From Catajapyx aquilonaris (taxonomy: Eukaryota): 60,077 bases of DNA. Below are positions 24,263-36,500 of the stretch, one piece after another; the stretch's first letter is position 1; each line of letters begins with the position of its first letter. The translations under genes and the position numbers were made by a program. Location: positions 1 through 60,077 of the forward strand of contig JYFJ02002276.1 in the NCBI GenBank assembly GCA_000934665.2. The letters run 5' to 3'. The notes below the pieces were generated by a model that was not told the origin of the DNA, did no database searches, and saw nothing but the letters and a program-made list of their open reading frames with translations.

Positions 24263-25288
24263 GTCTAATGTAAGAACCTGAAAAGGTTCCAATGCGAAGC
24301 TTGATCCACGGTAAATGCATCGAAAATGACTCGTTTATTATTTTCAGTGTTGAAAAATATTGTTTTTCGGTCCGGATTTTTCAGTCATAAGTTGTAAGCT
24401 ATCATTATACATGACTAGTTTGGATTCTCATAATTACCAATGCTTTATTATTCTTCATCGACTGTATACGGTCCTTTCTATAATGTAGGTATTGTGCTTC
24501 GAGTATGGTGAAAAATGTGCACACCTCTAAAATGTAGGTTCCTTGCACTATTCCAATTCAAAACTACACTGTTTTTTAGTAGTCGATTTGGCAGTTTTTG
24601 AATATTTATGGAGATTATGAATTACGCGACGAAACTAAAACTTAAGTCCAATTTTTATATCTATAATGAATCCAAAAGCTTCAACATCAACTGGAGTTGT
24701 CTTGGAATGTCATATAGGGACATAGGAAAACAGAGATTAAATGCGAATTACATTACTCTCTATATTCATTCTACACCATATGCAATTATTTACAGTATAG
24801 CCTGCATTGGTATAGTGTGCATGGGTTAATTACAGTGTGGCCCACAGAGTCAAAGTTTTAGGGTGAGCTGAATACCAGAGGATCACGTTATGTAGAGAGG
24901 TGTCATACGCATGCACCAACATGAATTTCAATTGATGCATGTGGTATACAATCATAGACCTACGGGTACTGTATTTGAGTCCGATATATTGTTTCCATTG
25001 CATATAAATAGAACATCACTGTCAATTTGTAAGTTTTTGACGCTCCTGTAAATATTGTCTACTCAGAAAGAAGCATGGCTTTACGTATTAGTTTTACGCG
25101 AGCAAACACAAGCAGATGTGTGAATCGCAAGTGTTATTCACTGATTCTTCAGACTGCTTTTAAGCATAAAATTTTTTATAAACTAATATAATAATTTGTT
25201 GCTTGTTCATGATTACTATGGTGCGGCTGCGATATTGCCCTTCATCAGAGTCAGAAAAAATGCCTGATCCTAATGAACCAATAAAAAT

Positions 25289-25664
25289 GGGATAACTGTT
25301 ATTGCTCAGGAAAATAACCATTTTTAAGCAGCCATGTACCCGTTATTTTCGGGCCAAGTCGCTTTTGGCCGCCTTTTGAATCCGACGCGGTTGATGGCTT
25401 AGCAGCTGATCATTTTGGGAAAGAGTATGCTGTACCAACCTAACCTAACAAAACCTAACCTACCTTCCTTCCTTCCTTGCGGATACAGACCTATCTTCAG
25501 CATACAGACCTATCATCAGCTGATACACGCATATCCTTTATCCTTGCCTATCCTTGCCAACTGCGTCGGATTCAAAATGGCGGACAAAACCGACTTTGAC
25601 CGAAAATAACGGGTACATAGCTGCTTAAGGAATGGCTATTATCCTGAGCAATAACAGTTATCCC
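25289..25664. mobile_element. MITE with ~115-bp TIRs, GGG...CCC ends and a 3-bp AAT TSD (PIF/Harbinger-related, inferred)
   Basis: Ends are GGGATAACTGTTATTGCTCAGG...CCTGAGCAATAACAGTTATCCC, with AAT at 25286-25288 and 25665-25667. The interior has AACCT repeats, CCTT repeats and a 19-bp tandem duplication. Confidence 0.9.
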
Positions 25665-28600
25665 AATATGCCCTCTCATAAAAACAACTACTTCCAGTTT
25701 AATAATATGTTCTAAAACTGATGGTTATACTCAGAACCATAAACATAATTTATATTTTGACACTGATCCCAATAACATTAATATGTCAGGGATGCAAAAT
25801 CATCGTCATAATTTTTCATGATTAGGTTTGAAAGAAATGAATGCGTACGGTATATTTTCCCAAATGTTAAAAAATTCAGGCTGCAGCGCAACTGAACATT
25901 TTGTAACCTCTTGTACAGTATTGATAAGGCTAATTTAAACGGTACGCGTATTGTCTTCTGATCAAATCGTCAAATAGTTTGCATTATTTCTTGTTCTTTT
26001 TCTCTTGATCCGAGTGGCGGAACACACACACATTTATATCACAGTAAAATTGATTAAAACACTTTCATATGGTTCATTACTTTAACTACAGATCGACCAT
26101 CCAGTTCACATTAATCTAATTGTTGTTCAATTCTAATCACAGGAGCGTTGCGCAATCAGTAAAATTGAAGCACCTTTTTCAAATTCCAAAATTTAAAAAT
26201 GGTATCGAATAAAATTAAATTTAATCTGGTGTTTTTATATTACAATACGGTTCGCCAAGTTCATTTTCTAAATACGCTGTAATGACGTGAACTGATGCGT
26301 TCCTCTCACGAATAGATTTGGTGCACTATGATTTTCATGACTAACACGTAACCCACCATAAACACGCACTCCCTACATGCATAGCATAATACGTGAGAAG
26401 GGCATGAGGGAAGGCTATTAGTCGAGTTTGGCAGCATGACAGATGTTGAAGCCCGTAGTCTTGCCTGAGGTCTGAATCTGTAAATGAGAAGCTAATATCG
26501 TGTAAAGCTGGCTCCCCTTCATGTTTCCCCAGGCCTTTCACTGTGAAATAAAACTTCATTGGGCCATTGTCGCCGTCACCAGGTTATGACAGTAAAGAAC
26601 ATACTGTATCAGATTAAATTATCTTGCATGACATATTTGAATCAAAGGAAAGGTCTTGCTGGCCTAATCTGAAGCCGTCTTTCTTTTTAAGGCTGTAGTA
26701 AACAAAATATGGTGCAGTCAGGATTCCATTTATACCAAAATGCAATCGATCTGAACCGTTCCGTTCTGTCAATTTCTGTCGGGTAAAGTGCAAAATTATA
26801 TGGCTATTGGAATCCATCATCAAGCCCGTTAACTTGTTTGCGATCCATTTCACTAGAATTCATAATACCACCGTAGAAATCCTTTTTTGAGTACACCCTG
26901 AAAGTCCCCAACAAGATTGAGTTTTTTCATTAGGGTGGAAGCAAATCCTATCACGATAAGCCAATTTACAAGGTAAGTCATGGTGCAGAAGTAGGCCTAA
27001 AGAAATCTTGTATCTGAGGTATCATTCCAAGCCAGGCATGTAAGCAGAGTTTGGCAAGTTAATAATTAATCAAGTATATTGTTCCATCACATTGCTGGAT
27101 CATTAGCATATCCATCAAGCGTAGAGAGCAATGAAAACAGTGAAACTGCAGGGCAAGCTGAAAGGTGGAACGCGTCAACAAAGCAGGGCCAGGGTTTTGT
27201 AATATTACAGTGGTTAGGCTATGTAAATTTTTAAAAAAGAATAGAGTAACGGTTGAGCAGGCTGCAGCAGGGTGGGCTATAGGGACCATGGTTACTTATC
27301 GATCTAAAGAAAACAAAGAAAATACCTAGTCTTTGTCTGGAGATTGGTAGTGCAGAAAACCCGGTACGCACCAAGTCGGCACCGTGATTAAAGTGCTTTT
27401 GCCATTGGAAACTATAGAAGTTCACCTAATTATCTTAATGGACTAGGTTGAGTCTTCGCTAAGAGCTCTTTCGTGACTAGCACCGGCAACATACTTTCGA
27501 CTACGTAATTAGGCTTACAAAACGTAAACAGTGGATCCCCGAAGAGCCCTCGGCACTCTCCAACTTCAACTTTGACTTAGTCGGGGGACAATGCTGACAA
27601 AGTTCGAGCCGGTGACGAAGGTACGCGTAACAGGCAGCCCCGCTTCAAGTGACGTGCTCTCAGCTCCAAATGAATGGAAGGGTTTACTCTCAAAATATTG
27701 ACATTTATTCGCGACGAGGAAAGACCTCCAGCGAGTCAACCACCCATTGCTTTTCTTATTCTCTACCCGTCACCTTCACATTTTTATGGCGCTCGATCAA
27801 CACGTGTAAGATGCAATACTTGCATCCGAGTCAAGTCTGAGAGAAAATTTGCAAAGACTATTATTCCAGTAGGTTCTTGTTTGGAATCAACAGTAATTAT
27901 TGACTAAGGTTGTCGGTCCAAGAAGTCAAGGATGAACCGGCAGTGAAGCGTGGCCCCATTGGGACTTGGTGAGCGGACATCCCGCACAGGAGCGCGCGCA
28001 CAGCTAGCCCTAAACGCGTGTCAAATATAAAATAATCCGAACTGTATCGCAGTTTCGCACTTGCTCGTTTTTTGTACACTCTCCTAGAAGTGTAGTTTCC
28101 TCATGTGTGCTTTGGGCTCCAAGATGGAAATTTCAAAGATTAAAGCTCCCGGGGCAACAGATGGACTGGGGAAAGGCACGTGCGCCGAATATGAACGCCC
28201 CCGTCCCTGTTATTGACTGATCTGTGACCACAATTTGGGTTTTATTGCACCTCCAGCCTGGGGGACTGCCCTAGGCGAATTTGGGGAGGGAATCAGGGAT
28301 TTTTGCTGAATTTTAATTTCTCTGGCGGGAGGCCCTGCTGGCGGGTAGCTGGCCTGGCTGGCTGGAGGGAGGGGGGGGGGGGGTCTGGGTGGATGGGTGG
28401 GCTTTTGCTCCACTTCCCTGCCTGCAGATCCGTATCCGAAAACTTGGGGAGGTGTTAAGGGAGATCCCCCATCCCCTTATGATGGTCCAGATGTCCGTTT
28501 ATCATTTTCGTTGCTCAGGAGCTGAAGGAATTGCCCCGAGCTGCCACGTCGAGAGTACAAATGTGCTGCCTGCTGCTGGAATTGGGGACACCACAGTACG

Positions 28601-29889
28601 TTACCAGGACCTCAAAATGTGCTAATAGGATCTCCGCTGCTTTAAGGAAAAACCGCCTGGTAATTTACTACCGATTCGTCGTTAGCCGGGGCCCCTGAAT
28701 TTCCATAATCTGGAATCTCGGACACTTGCTCTAGGGGAAACATGGTGCAACTTGCACTTCCGGGTGCGTTGTTACCGACCCCCAGTAGTATTCCGAGAGC
28801 GTGGACTCTAATCCTCTCGCCCCACGTAACCCCTTAACGGCCACATGTGGAATATTAAACAGACTACACGTGGACAATAATTCAGAGTGCGAGCACACCA
28901 AGCTATTGCGCATGTAATAAGCTTAGTCTTGCTTCCGCCAACGGATTACTACAAACACATTCACGCTCCCCGGCTATGGGGGTGGGAAATGGAAAACATT
29001 ACAGTTGACTTACACTCTGGAGGAGGGTCTTTGAATACTATGCAAGCAATGTCCGTGGTGCATGACTGGGACTGAAATATTTGATTCTTTTTCGGGTGTA
29101 TGTTCCAACTGTTTCACAACTGCGGAAAGCTTTAGGGGGTGTGGAATAGAAAAAAAGGGAAGATATATTGATTCAGAGTGGAAAGTAATTTCCCACCCGG
29201 TTAGGATAAGTAGGCCTAGTGGGAGAGCAGCCCATCTGAATCTCTTTGTGGAATCCGAGCGAAAGAGAACCGGGTGAAAGTGAATGGAATTTTTAATTTT
29301 TCCCCGGCCCTTTCACTGATGTTAATCAAGGTTCTGAAGGAAAAAAACAATAAAAATAATGCCGAAATTTTCCGTATTAGAAAGATCGCTGGCACTTTCT
29401 GTGCGCTCGCCTAGAGCATTATGGCAGTAAAAAAAGCACTCCAATTGATGTTCATTTCCAGGAATAAAGCATTTTTCATTCTCCATGATATTCTGTATTT
29501 TATCAGTGACTTTAATCTTCATCCTGCTGTTACCAAATCAAAGCTTCACAATCGCTTCATACCATCTGTTGGAATGCATATTTTATAAATCCTGCACGCG
29601 TGGCCCATCCCCGGTGAAGCTAGGCATTCTTTTCAACACTGATTCTCGATTATATATAGCAAAATTAGCATTCCTCACCGTTCTGTGAACGTGAGACCAG
29701 GAAGTAAAGATGCTTATTACAGCCCAATGGAATTATAAGAACCTGGCATCAGCGTTGCATCTTAATTAGCTCAGGACTATAGATGTAATCTCAGAAACAA
29801 GGCTTTCTGGTTGTGCAAAAACCATATGTTAGAAGTAAATAACCTGCCAAGATTTTTTTATATTTAACTAGTAACATTTTGCATTATTT

Positions 29890-30000
29890 TCGGTTACCTC
29901 AGTTAGATCCCCGGAGAAATTATGTTTTTTTTCATATTTTGATGTGTGATCTCTTTAGGTCATTGTGGGTTTTCTATGGGTTCTTCCGTTTCCACAAACT
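29890..30000 (+). mobile_element. Possible old SINE relic
   Basis: A degenerate B-box-like AGTTAGATCCCCGG is followed by a TGTGGGTTT..CTATGGGTTCTTCCGTTTCC block that loosely resembles 58131-58142. No TSD. Confidence 0.25.
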
Positions 30001-30182
30001 TCACCAATTTATTATTAAGGTCTGCGCGAATAATGTCGAGTTGACGACATGCTCACCTGATAAACCATAGGGTATATTGAACAGGCAGCATTTGTGATAA
30101 AAGACATGTTAATATCAATATTAAAAGCATATTCGCAGTGCATGATTTTACCATTTTTATTACAAAATTACGTGGCATTCGT

Positions 30183-30544
30183 TATTTTTCATTTTTTTCA
30201 TTATTTTTAATACCCCGTGATGTGGCCAGAGGCCCTCTTAGGGGGGTGGAACACCACTACATTTTCATTCAATTTTCTTATTTTTCTTCAAACTCTTTGC
30301 AGGAAAGAAAGGACATGCGGTAAGGAGGGGAATTTTTCGGGGAGGAGACACGGGTGCATGTGCAATGTCTGAAAATGGATCATGTGCAGTCTCCCTGGAG
30401 GTTAGGTTGCCAGACGCCTCCAAGGCGCGGGTCAGGGACCCTCCTGACGCAGGCGAAAGGGAACTCCCGGGGGGATCGAACCCGGGACTTTTATTCACTC
30501 AGCAAGCCAGCAAGTCGTTATCAACTCAACCACCACACCTCCCC
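30183..30544 (-). mobile_element. Full-length tRNA-derived SINE, family A, copy 2
   Basis: The minus strand starts GGGGAGGTGTGGTGGTTGAGTTGA and carries the B-box GGTTCGATCCC. The body aligns with 7142-7498 and ends in an A-rich tail. The TSD ACGTGGCATTCGT lies at 30170-30182 and 30545-30557. Confidence 0.93.
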
Positions 30545-33500
30545 ACGTGGCATTCGTAATAATATCTTTCACAGCAACAAGTGACGCAATTTTGGTATTT
30601 TACAGGTGGATAATAATTTTTCATGCAAAATATGACGATAGATGAAAAATATATATATTTTTTCAAGTATTAACTCAAGCCTGAAGAAGTTTCGCCAATT
30701 CTAAAATTCCGCCAAAACAAGTACATGCTATGCAAATGTCCAGGTAGCGTAACTTAATTCCATCACCCCTGGCGCCTTGGCAGAGTAATTGGCCTGCTCC
30801 GAATAGAATGAATGGACACAATTTTGTATGAAATTTGGCCTCGGCCCCTATTAGAACTCGCTGACCGACGGAAACACTCTGACAATGCATCATATTTCGC
30901 GACATTGAACCCGAATTATCGGCGTATTATGAGCCTAACCAGACTAGAAACAATACAGATGTGAGAGCTGCCAGCCCGAAACGGTCACGGTGACCTGGAG
31001 CTTGACATTCACCACGCTATTGATTCGTCAACGTCGAACTCACCAAGCCACCCTCCCCCAGTAGCCAACCCCCTCCCTTTTTCCAACATCCCTCCCAACA
31101 CTCAACAATTTGCATAACATCTGCATTCCGGTCACATAATATTGCGGTCATTACATTGCTCATATACCTTTTGCAATTTAGGGAGCGAGCAGTACGCTAT
31201 TAACAATATCGAAATCGCCACCAAACTCCATGGATATCCGATTAGGAATTAGCGTGATGTTGCGCGGATCATAGAGCCACTGGCGCCATGAATATTTTGG
31301 GGCCCCGGCCTGTTGGACACGAAACCGGGTCTAACACTCCGGATAACAAGCCCTGCAGATGTCTATCCGAATAGGACTACTCTTCCCACACCCCCGCATA
31401 ATCACCCGCAATGAACAGGGTTTAGCTCCTGATCTGACATGTTCCCCTCTAATTTCTCAATCACAATTTCTGGCCGGTCTAATTAGTATAATGCACACTA
31501 TGCATTACGTGACGCAGGCCGACCACAGGTTATAAAGACATTTCGGTCGGCTCCAATTCCGGTTGTAAATGAATATACCACGCACTGGAAGTGCATTTAG
31601 TTACGGCTTATATTCTGGTAAACATCCGTAGAACGGGTATTAATTATGCCATTTCTGCGTGTGCAGTTCTGAAACCAGGCGGGATGCTGCCATGTTATTA
31701 TCATTTCAAGCAAGCTACACTCCCGCTCTCTGGTGGATGTTAATATGGGGGGTAGGACTCCTTTTATCACAACTTATTGTTTAATTGCCTCCAGGGTTTT
31801 GCAGTCGGATGATTTCGTGCCGGGACTGCGCCAAAATTACGTCCTTTATAATTCAAACTCTGCCATGATGCTGAAGGCCCCAGCAAGATGCACGCAAAAA
31901 TTTTGGGTCCGAAATTGGGAGGCCGGTAATTGGCAGCAATAATTCACGCCTGGCTCTATCCGACCCTTTGGCCAACACGCGCTATCCACACATGCCCGAT
32001 GGACAATTTTCTGGTGACAATCGGTTATGCATGAACGACAACAGCCTCTCTTATCGGATTGATTGCTTCCAGGCTTGGTCAAAAGTTGGATGGGCCCATC
32101 ATTATAATTTTGCCAATAGTGCGTCATATGGCCCCAAAAACCCTTTAGCCCCATATGGCGACACCAGAAGAGAAGCACGTGATGGCGGCCCGCCAATCCT
32201 TTCCTTTGGGCCGACGGGCAAATCTCATTTTATTGGGGTTAGTGCTCCGTAGTTCCGGATTGTCTCCCCGCCATTCCCCTCCTCCCTCCCTCCTTTTCCA
32301 TTACTGCCTAAGAAGCTATTAGGGTCTCCCTTTATGGGCTGACCAGCAACCCAAACTTTCCCCGTAAGAGCCTGATAAAACACTGCTAATGATTAATGCA
32401 TATGGTCATAATGCGGCAAGAAAGGCGGGGAATCTGCAGGTGTCGAGGGGCTCCTAATTATATAAAATATTGAGAGGTTTGGACCCCCTCCCTCTTACCA
32501 AGTATTGCTCAATACGGTGCTGGGAGATTACGCAGAATCCCGCCATTTAATTAGGCAGCCCAACTAGGCGCAACCGCAGATATCATTACTGGATATGGGC
32601 TAAGACGGTGCTGCATACCCAGCTAGCTATCCAATCCCTTGCTTTTTAATCCGGCCCATACTCATAACGCGGCCTGCCATAGTTCCCCGTTCTGATTTAC
32701 AACAAGTTTAGCGACCGGAATCTGTAATATGCATCAGGAGTCCACCCTTGGCTCCGACATTCCGCAGTCCCACTTCGGCCATTAATGAACCGCTAATGTA
32801 CTCTCCTGCCTCTAATACCCTGCGCTGAAATAGACCCTACTTTATGATCATGTGACACGGCGGTATGACGCTAAAAAATGAACCGGGGAGGGTGGGGCTT
32901 TTGGTATGGGGGGGGGGGGGGGGGGAAANTGCAACATGTGACACGGGGTATTTTTCAGGACCGGTGCAATGGCTTTTTTGTCTTCACGCCGAGTAAACCG
33001 ATCCGCAATTACCAGGCAAACTTGATGGCTGTCCTCCATTTGTTAAGAGAGACAGTTGTGCTCTGTCACTTTGTGTACATGGCCGGAAAACAACAACAAC
33101 AACAGAAATGAGGGGGGCAAGAGCTCGTTATAGCTCCGGTATTATATCCGGGACTATTTATTGTAGTATAGGAATCTGTATGTTTGGAAGCAAATTTGAC
33201 ATTGTTTTCTAATTAAAGTGTAGGCTTAATTTGCCCGATTGATGTGGGTTGCACATCCATTATTCGCGATATCAGTTTTAAAACAAAATCGAGCTCTTTT
33301 TTTAACGACGAAAAGTCGAAATTAGCTTTCATTATTGACATTAAAATCCCAATAACTGTCAACAATTTGTAACGTGTTTAATTCTGTTTAGTGTACGTTC
33401 CCCAGCATAACACGCATCAACATTTCTGCTGTCGACACTATGTCATGTACTATATTTGTACAATAATGAAACGTTTATCTATAGCTGCTCTGCATAATAA

Positions 33501-36500
33501 TTTGTACACTCTATATCATGTTATGTACTCGACATTTTTACCCCTAAAACTTTCCAGTCCGTCGCACATTCATCTGCACAAACGGCGCATTATAATATTA
33601 TGTATATTATAACCCTATGAAACTATATTTGAACCCAGGGACCGTAATCAATACAACGTGAGCCTCCAAACGCAACGCAATCAGCACTTTTTGGACAATC
33701 TTCCTTATCCCCCCCATACCCCCTCTTGCAAACTTTTTCCTGTCGTCCAACCTCCACGTCACATATCCCAGCCCATCCAGTACATTACCGCCGACCGTAA
33801 CTACACCTGACAAAGTTGTTTCTGAGTGAAATTAAGATGGACAGTCCAGTGCATTAGCAGGGAATAGCCAGCCAGTCATCCCCCCACTTCGGGGAAAACA
33901 TATATGCTTGCTCGAGGTCAGCAGTGTGGAGCCCCTGCTGTTGAGCTGAGAGGCAGGCCTGCCGACGTAACATGGAGGCTTCCAACAGAGCCCGCATGAA
34001 ATATTCATCCCATGCACATACATCGGGTCGCCATATAATTGAATTTGAATTGAGTGGGAGGCTGCCGGCTTGAAAAGTCGTCGATAGTTGGGGAGAGATG
34101 TAAGAGGAAGGACGGGCCACAGGAGGGGGCTAGGAGGAGGGGGGGGGGGGCTAAGGTATATACAAAAATGGCGGTACATCTCAGGGTTAATTGGACAATT
34201 CTAGCCGGTCTTAATTCCGGTGTTGAAGTGCAGCCAGACACTGGAACAAGACAGTATTAATTTGACGAGATTTCTGAAGTGGGTGGGGAGGAGATGGCTG
34301 TATAATTTCCAGAGGCCGTATTCATTGTTGCAGTGAGACGAAATTCTCAAGTGGTGGTCCAGGGAGCAATATGCGAGGACCAGGCCCATCGTATTCATAG
34401 CCCAGGCCAAAAGCTGCCGAGTTTCCGCATTCCATTTAGAGGGGGGCATCTAAACCCCTCCCCCCCTACCTCCACACTATTGTGGTTAAATTCGTGCATA
34501 TTTCACAGGGGATTGTGGCACAAAGTGCGCCATAAATATCCAGTTGCAATGCGGTGGCCTTTTAATCGGTGTGTTTTGTCCAGACAGCGCGACGTGTCGA
34601 AGGAAGTAATCTTGCAGGCCTTGCCGGGTTCACAAGTATTGAGGTGTACTCTAGAGCTGGGGAGAGGCATGGTAATGGATAACCAAGTGCGGTAGTTTGG
34701 AGGTCAAGAGCCTCCGAATTCCAATTTCGAAGAGAGGAGACCCAACATTTCTTTGGCCCCGCTTTCATTCCAATCTTTTTTTTCTTCTTCTTCTCTATCC
34801 CTACTCCAGCAGGTCCGTCGTTCTTTCACTGGATAACTCTTTGCGTTCCTGGCATTTTTGCTGCTTCGGACCAAATAAAAATAACACGAAAGCATTCGAT
34901 CTAATCCAAACGATGGACGACCACAACATGCCATTAAGGTTCTTCATCACCTTGGTGAGGAACTTGCGGTGTCAAGACCCGCTGGAAAAACAAGGGTAGA
35001 CTAGATTTGAATGTCTGGAATTCTTGCATTTGGCACGTGCAAAAAGCGCACTGTATTCATTGCCTTTGCTCGTCCCGGGCCTTACTTTCATCTCCTTTGA
35101 CATTTTATAGTAGCGCGGAATTTCGCCTAGGGGAGGTTTTATAGTCTCGTGGTCTCACAGTCCGAAAACCTCAACATGGATTTTCCACATGCGATTTTCC
35201 CGAGATTTGAAATGTCTGCATAAGGCGTACGTATCCCCCAGCTCGGATTGTTACGGCAGGGTTCTCCAAACGAGCCGAATCGATTGGGTGGCCCACCATT
35301 TATTCCGTCTTGTGTGTAGTTAGTCATGAGCAAAGATATGCCGAGTAGCGTCGCAAGATATCACTACATGGCGGATTATGCATTAACTTCCCCGGAGACA
35401 AGTTGGATGGTATATATTAGCAGAGGTATGCAACTTGGCAGTTGCGGAGTCATCAATTCAGCAGGCCCTTAGCATGTGGGGGTTTCCATCTCCCACTCGG
35501 AATTTCACCTGAAACTTTGAGTACCGGGGAGGGTGAGAAACATTTCAGTCCCCGCGCGTTAGGCACAGCCCAAACTAACTTCCACTTCCGCTTGGATACC
35601 CCTGACAGATTGATAAGTCTGGCTTCGTTGAACCCAGGATTCTCGTCTGCAACTTCCATTCCTGGTAAACCATCCTTTCCTTCTTCCTTCAATTTCTCAG
35701 CTCACATTCTGAGCAAGTCAGGCTCATTTCCACCAACGCACTTGTCATGGCTGTACTGTTGACGAGCGAAACTCTATTACACTTTAAAATCAATACCCAT
35801 AATTCCTCGAGTCACGTAGAGCAGCTATAAGTGTTTTGAACCATGCACTCTGGGTAGTAATTGCCTAGTGGAAATAAAGTAATGAGAAGTTTGCTTCACA
35901 CAGCCAAGTGCTTTTCATTTCTACTAATTGCCTGATTTTATTTATGCCTCTCAATATCATTATGCAGAGTATTATGTTTCTAAAACATAACACTGTTTCA
36001 AATATCATACGACTAGCACTGTTGCGAGGCTCAGTGCGCTAATCGTATAGAATAATGAAGTATGGCTGTACATCACTTCTTTTGTGCACAGGTCAGTCTG
36101 AAAGGCCCCCCCCTCCCCCCAAAAAAACTAACACATCAAACTTTTAATAAAGGGTATGGTGCAACATGATCGATTATTAAGAGCAACCTTTCAAAAGTTG
36201 CCGGGCGAAAAGGGTGGGACGAGGATGGAGGTCGAAAGAGAGAGAGAGAAAAAAAAATCCAATTTTCGCCATCAGTCGACCCACTCAACTTGGTACAACT
36301 CCCGATAGCAGCCAAGAGTGAACAGTGAAACCCATCAAAAGCCATCCTCCCCACCTCCCCCCTAGAGTAGTGCATCTCTGTAACACCCACCCTCCCTTCC
36401 CTCGCAAACACCCCATCCCGTCTGGTACTTTGGTATGCATATTGCCTCTGTTGCCTCCCTTATCAACACCACGTGACAGCTACGAGGAAACAAAGCTCTT

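Noticed and set aside
27909..27968. 60-nt frame-preserving exon candidate encoding LSVQEVKDEPAVKRGPIGT
   Set aside because: There is no polypyrimidine tract before the AG and no supporting neighbouring exons.
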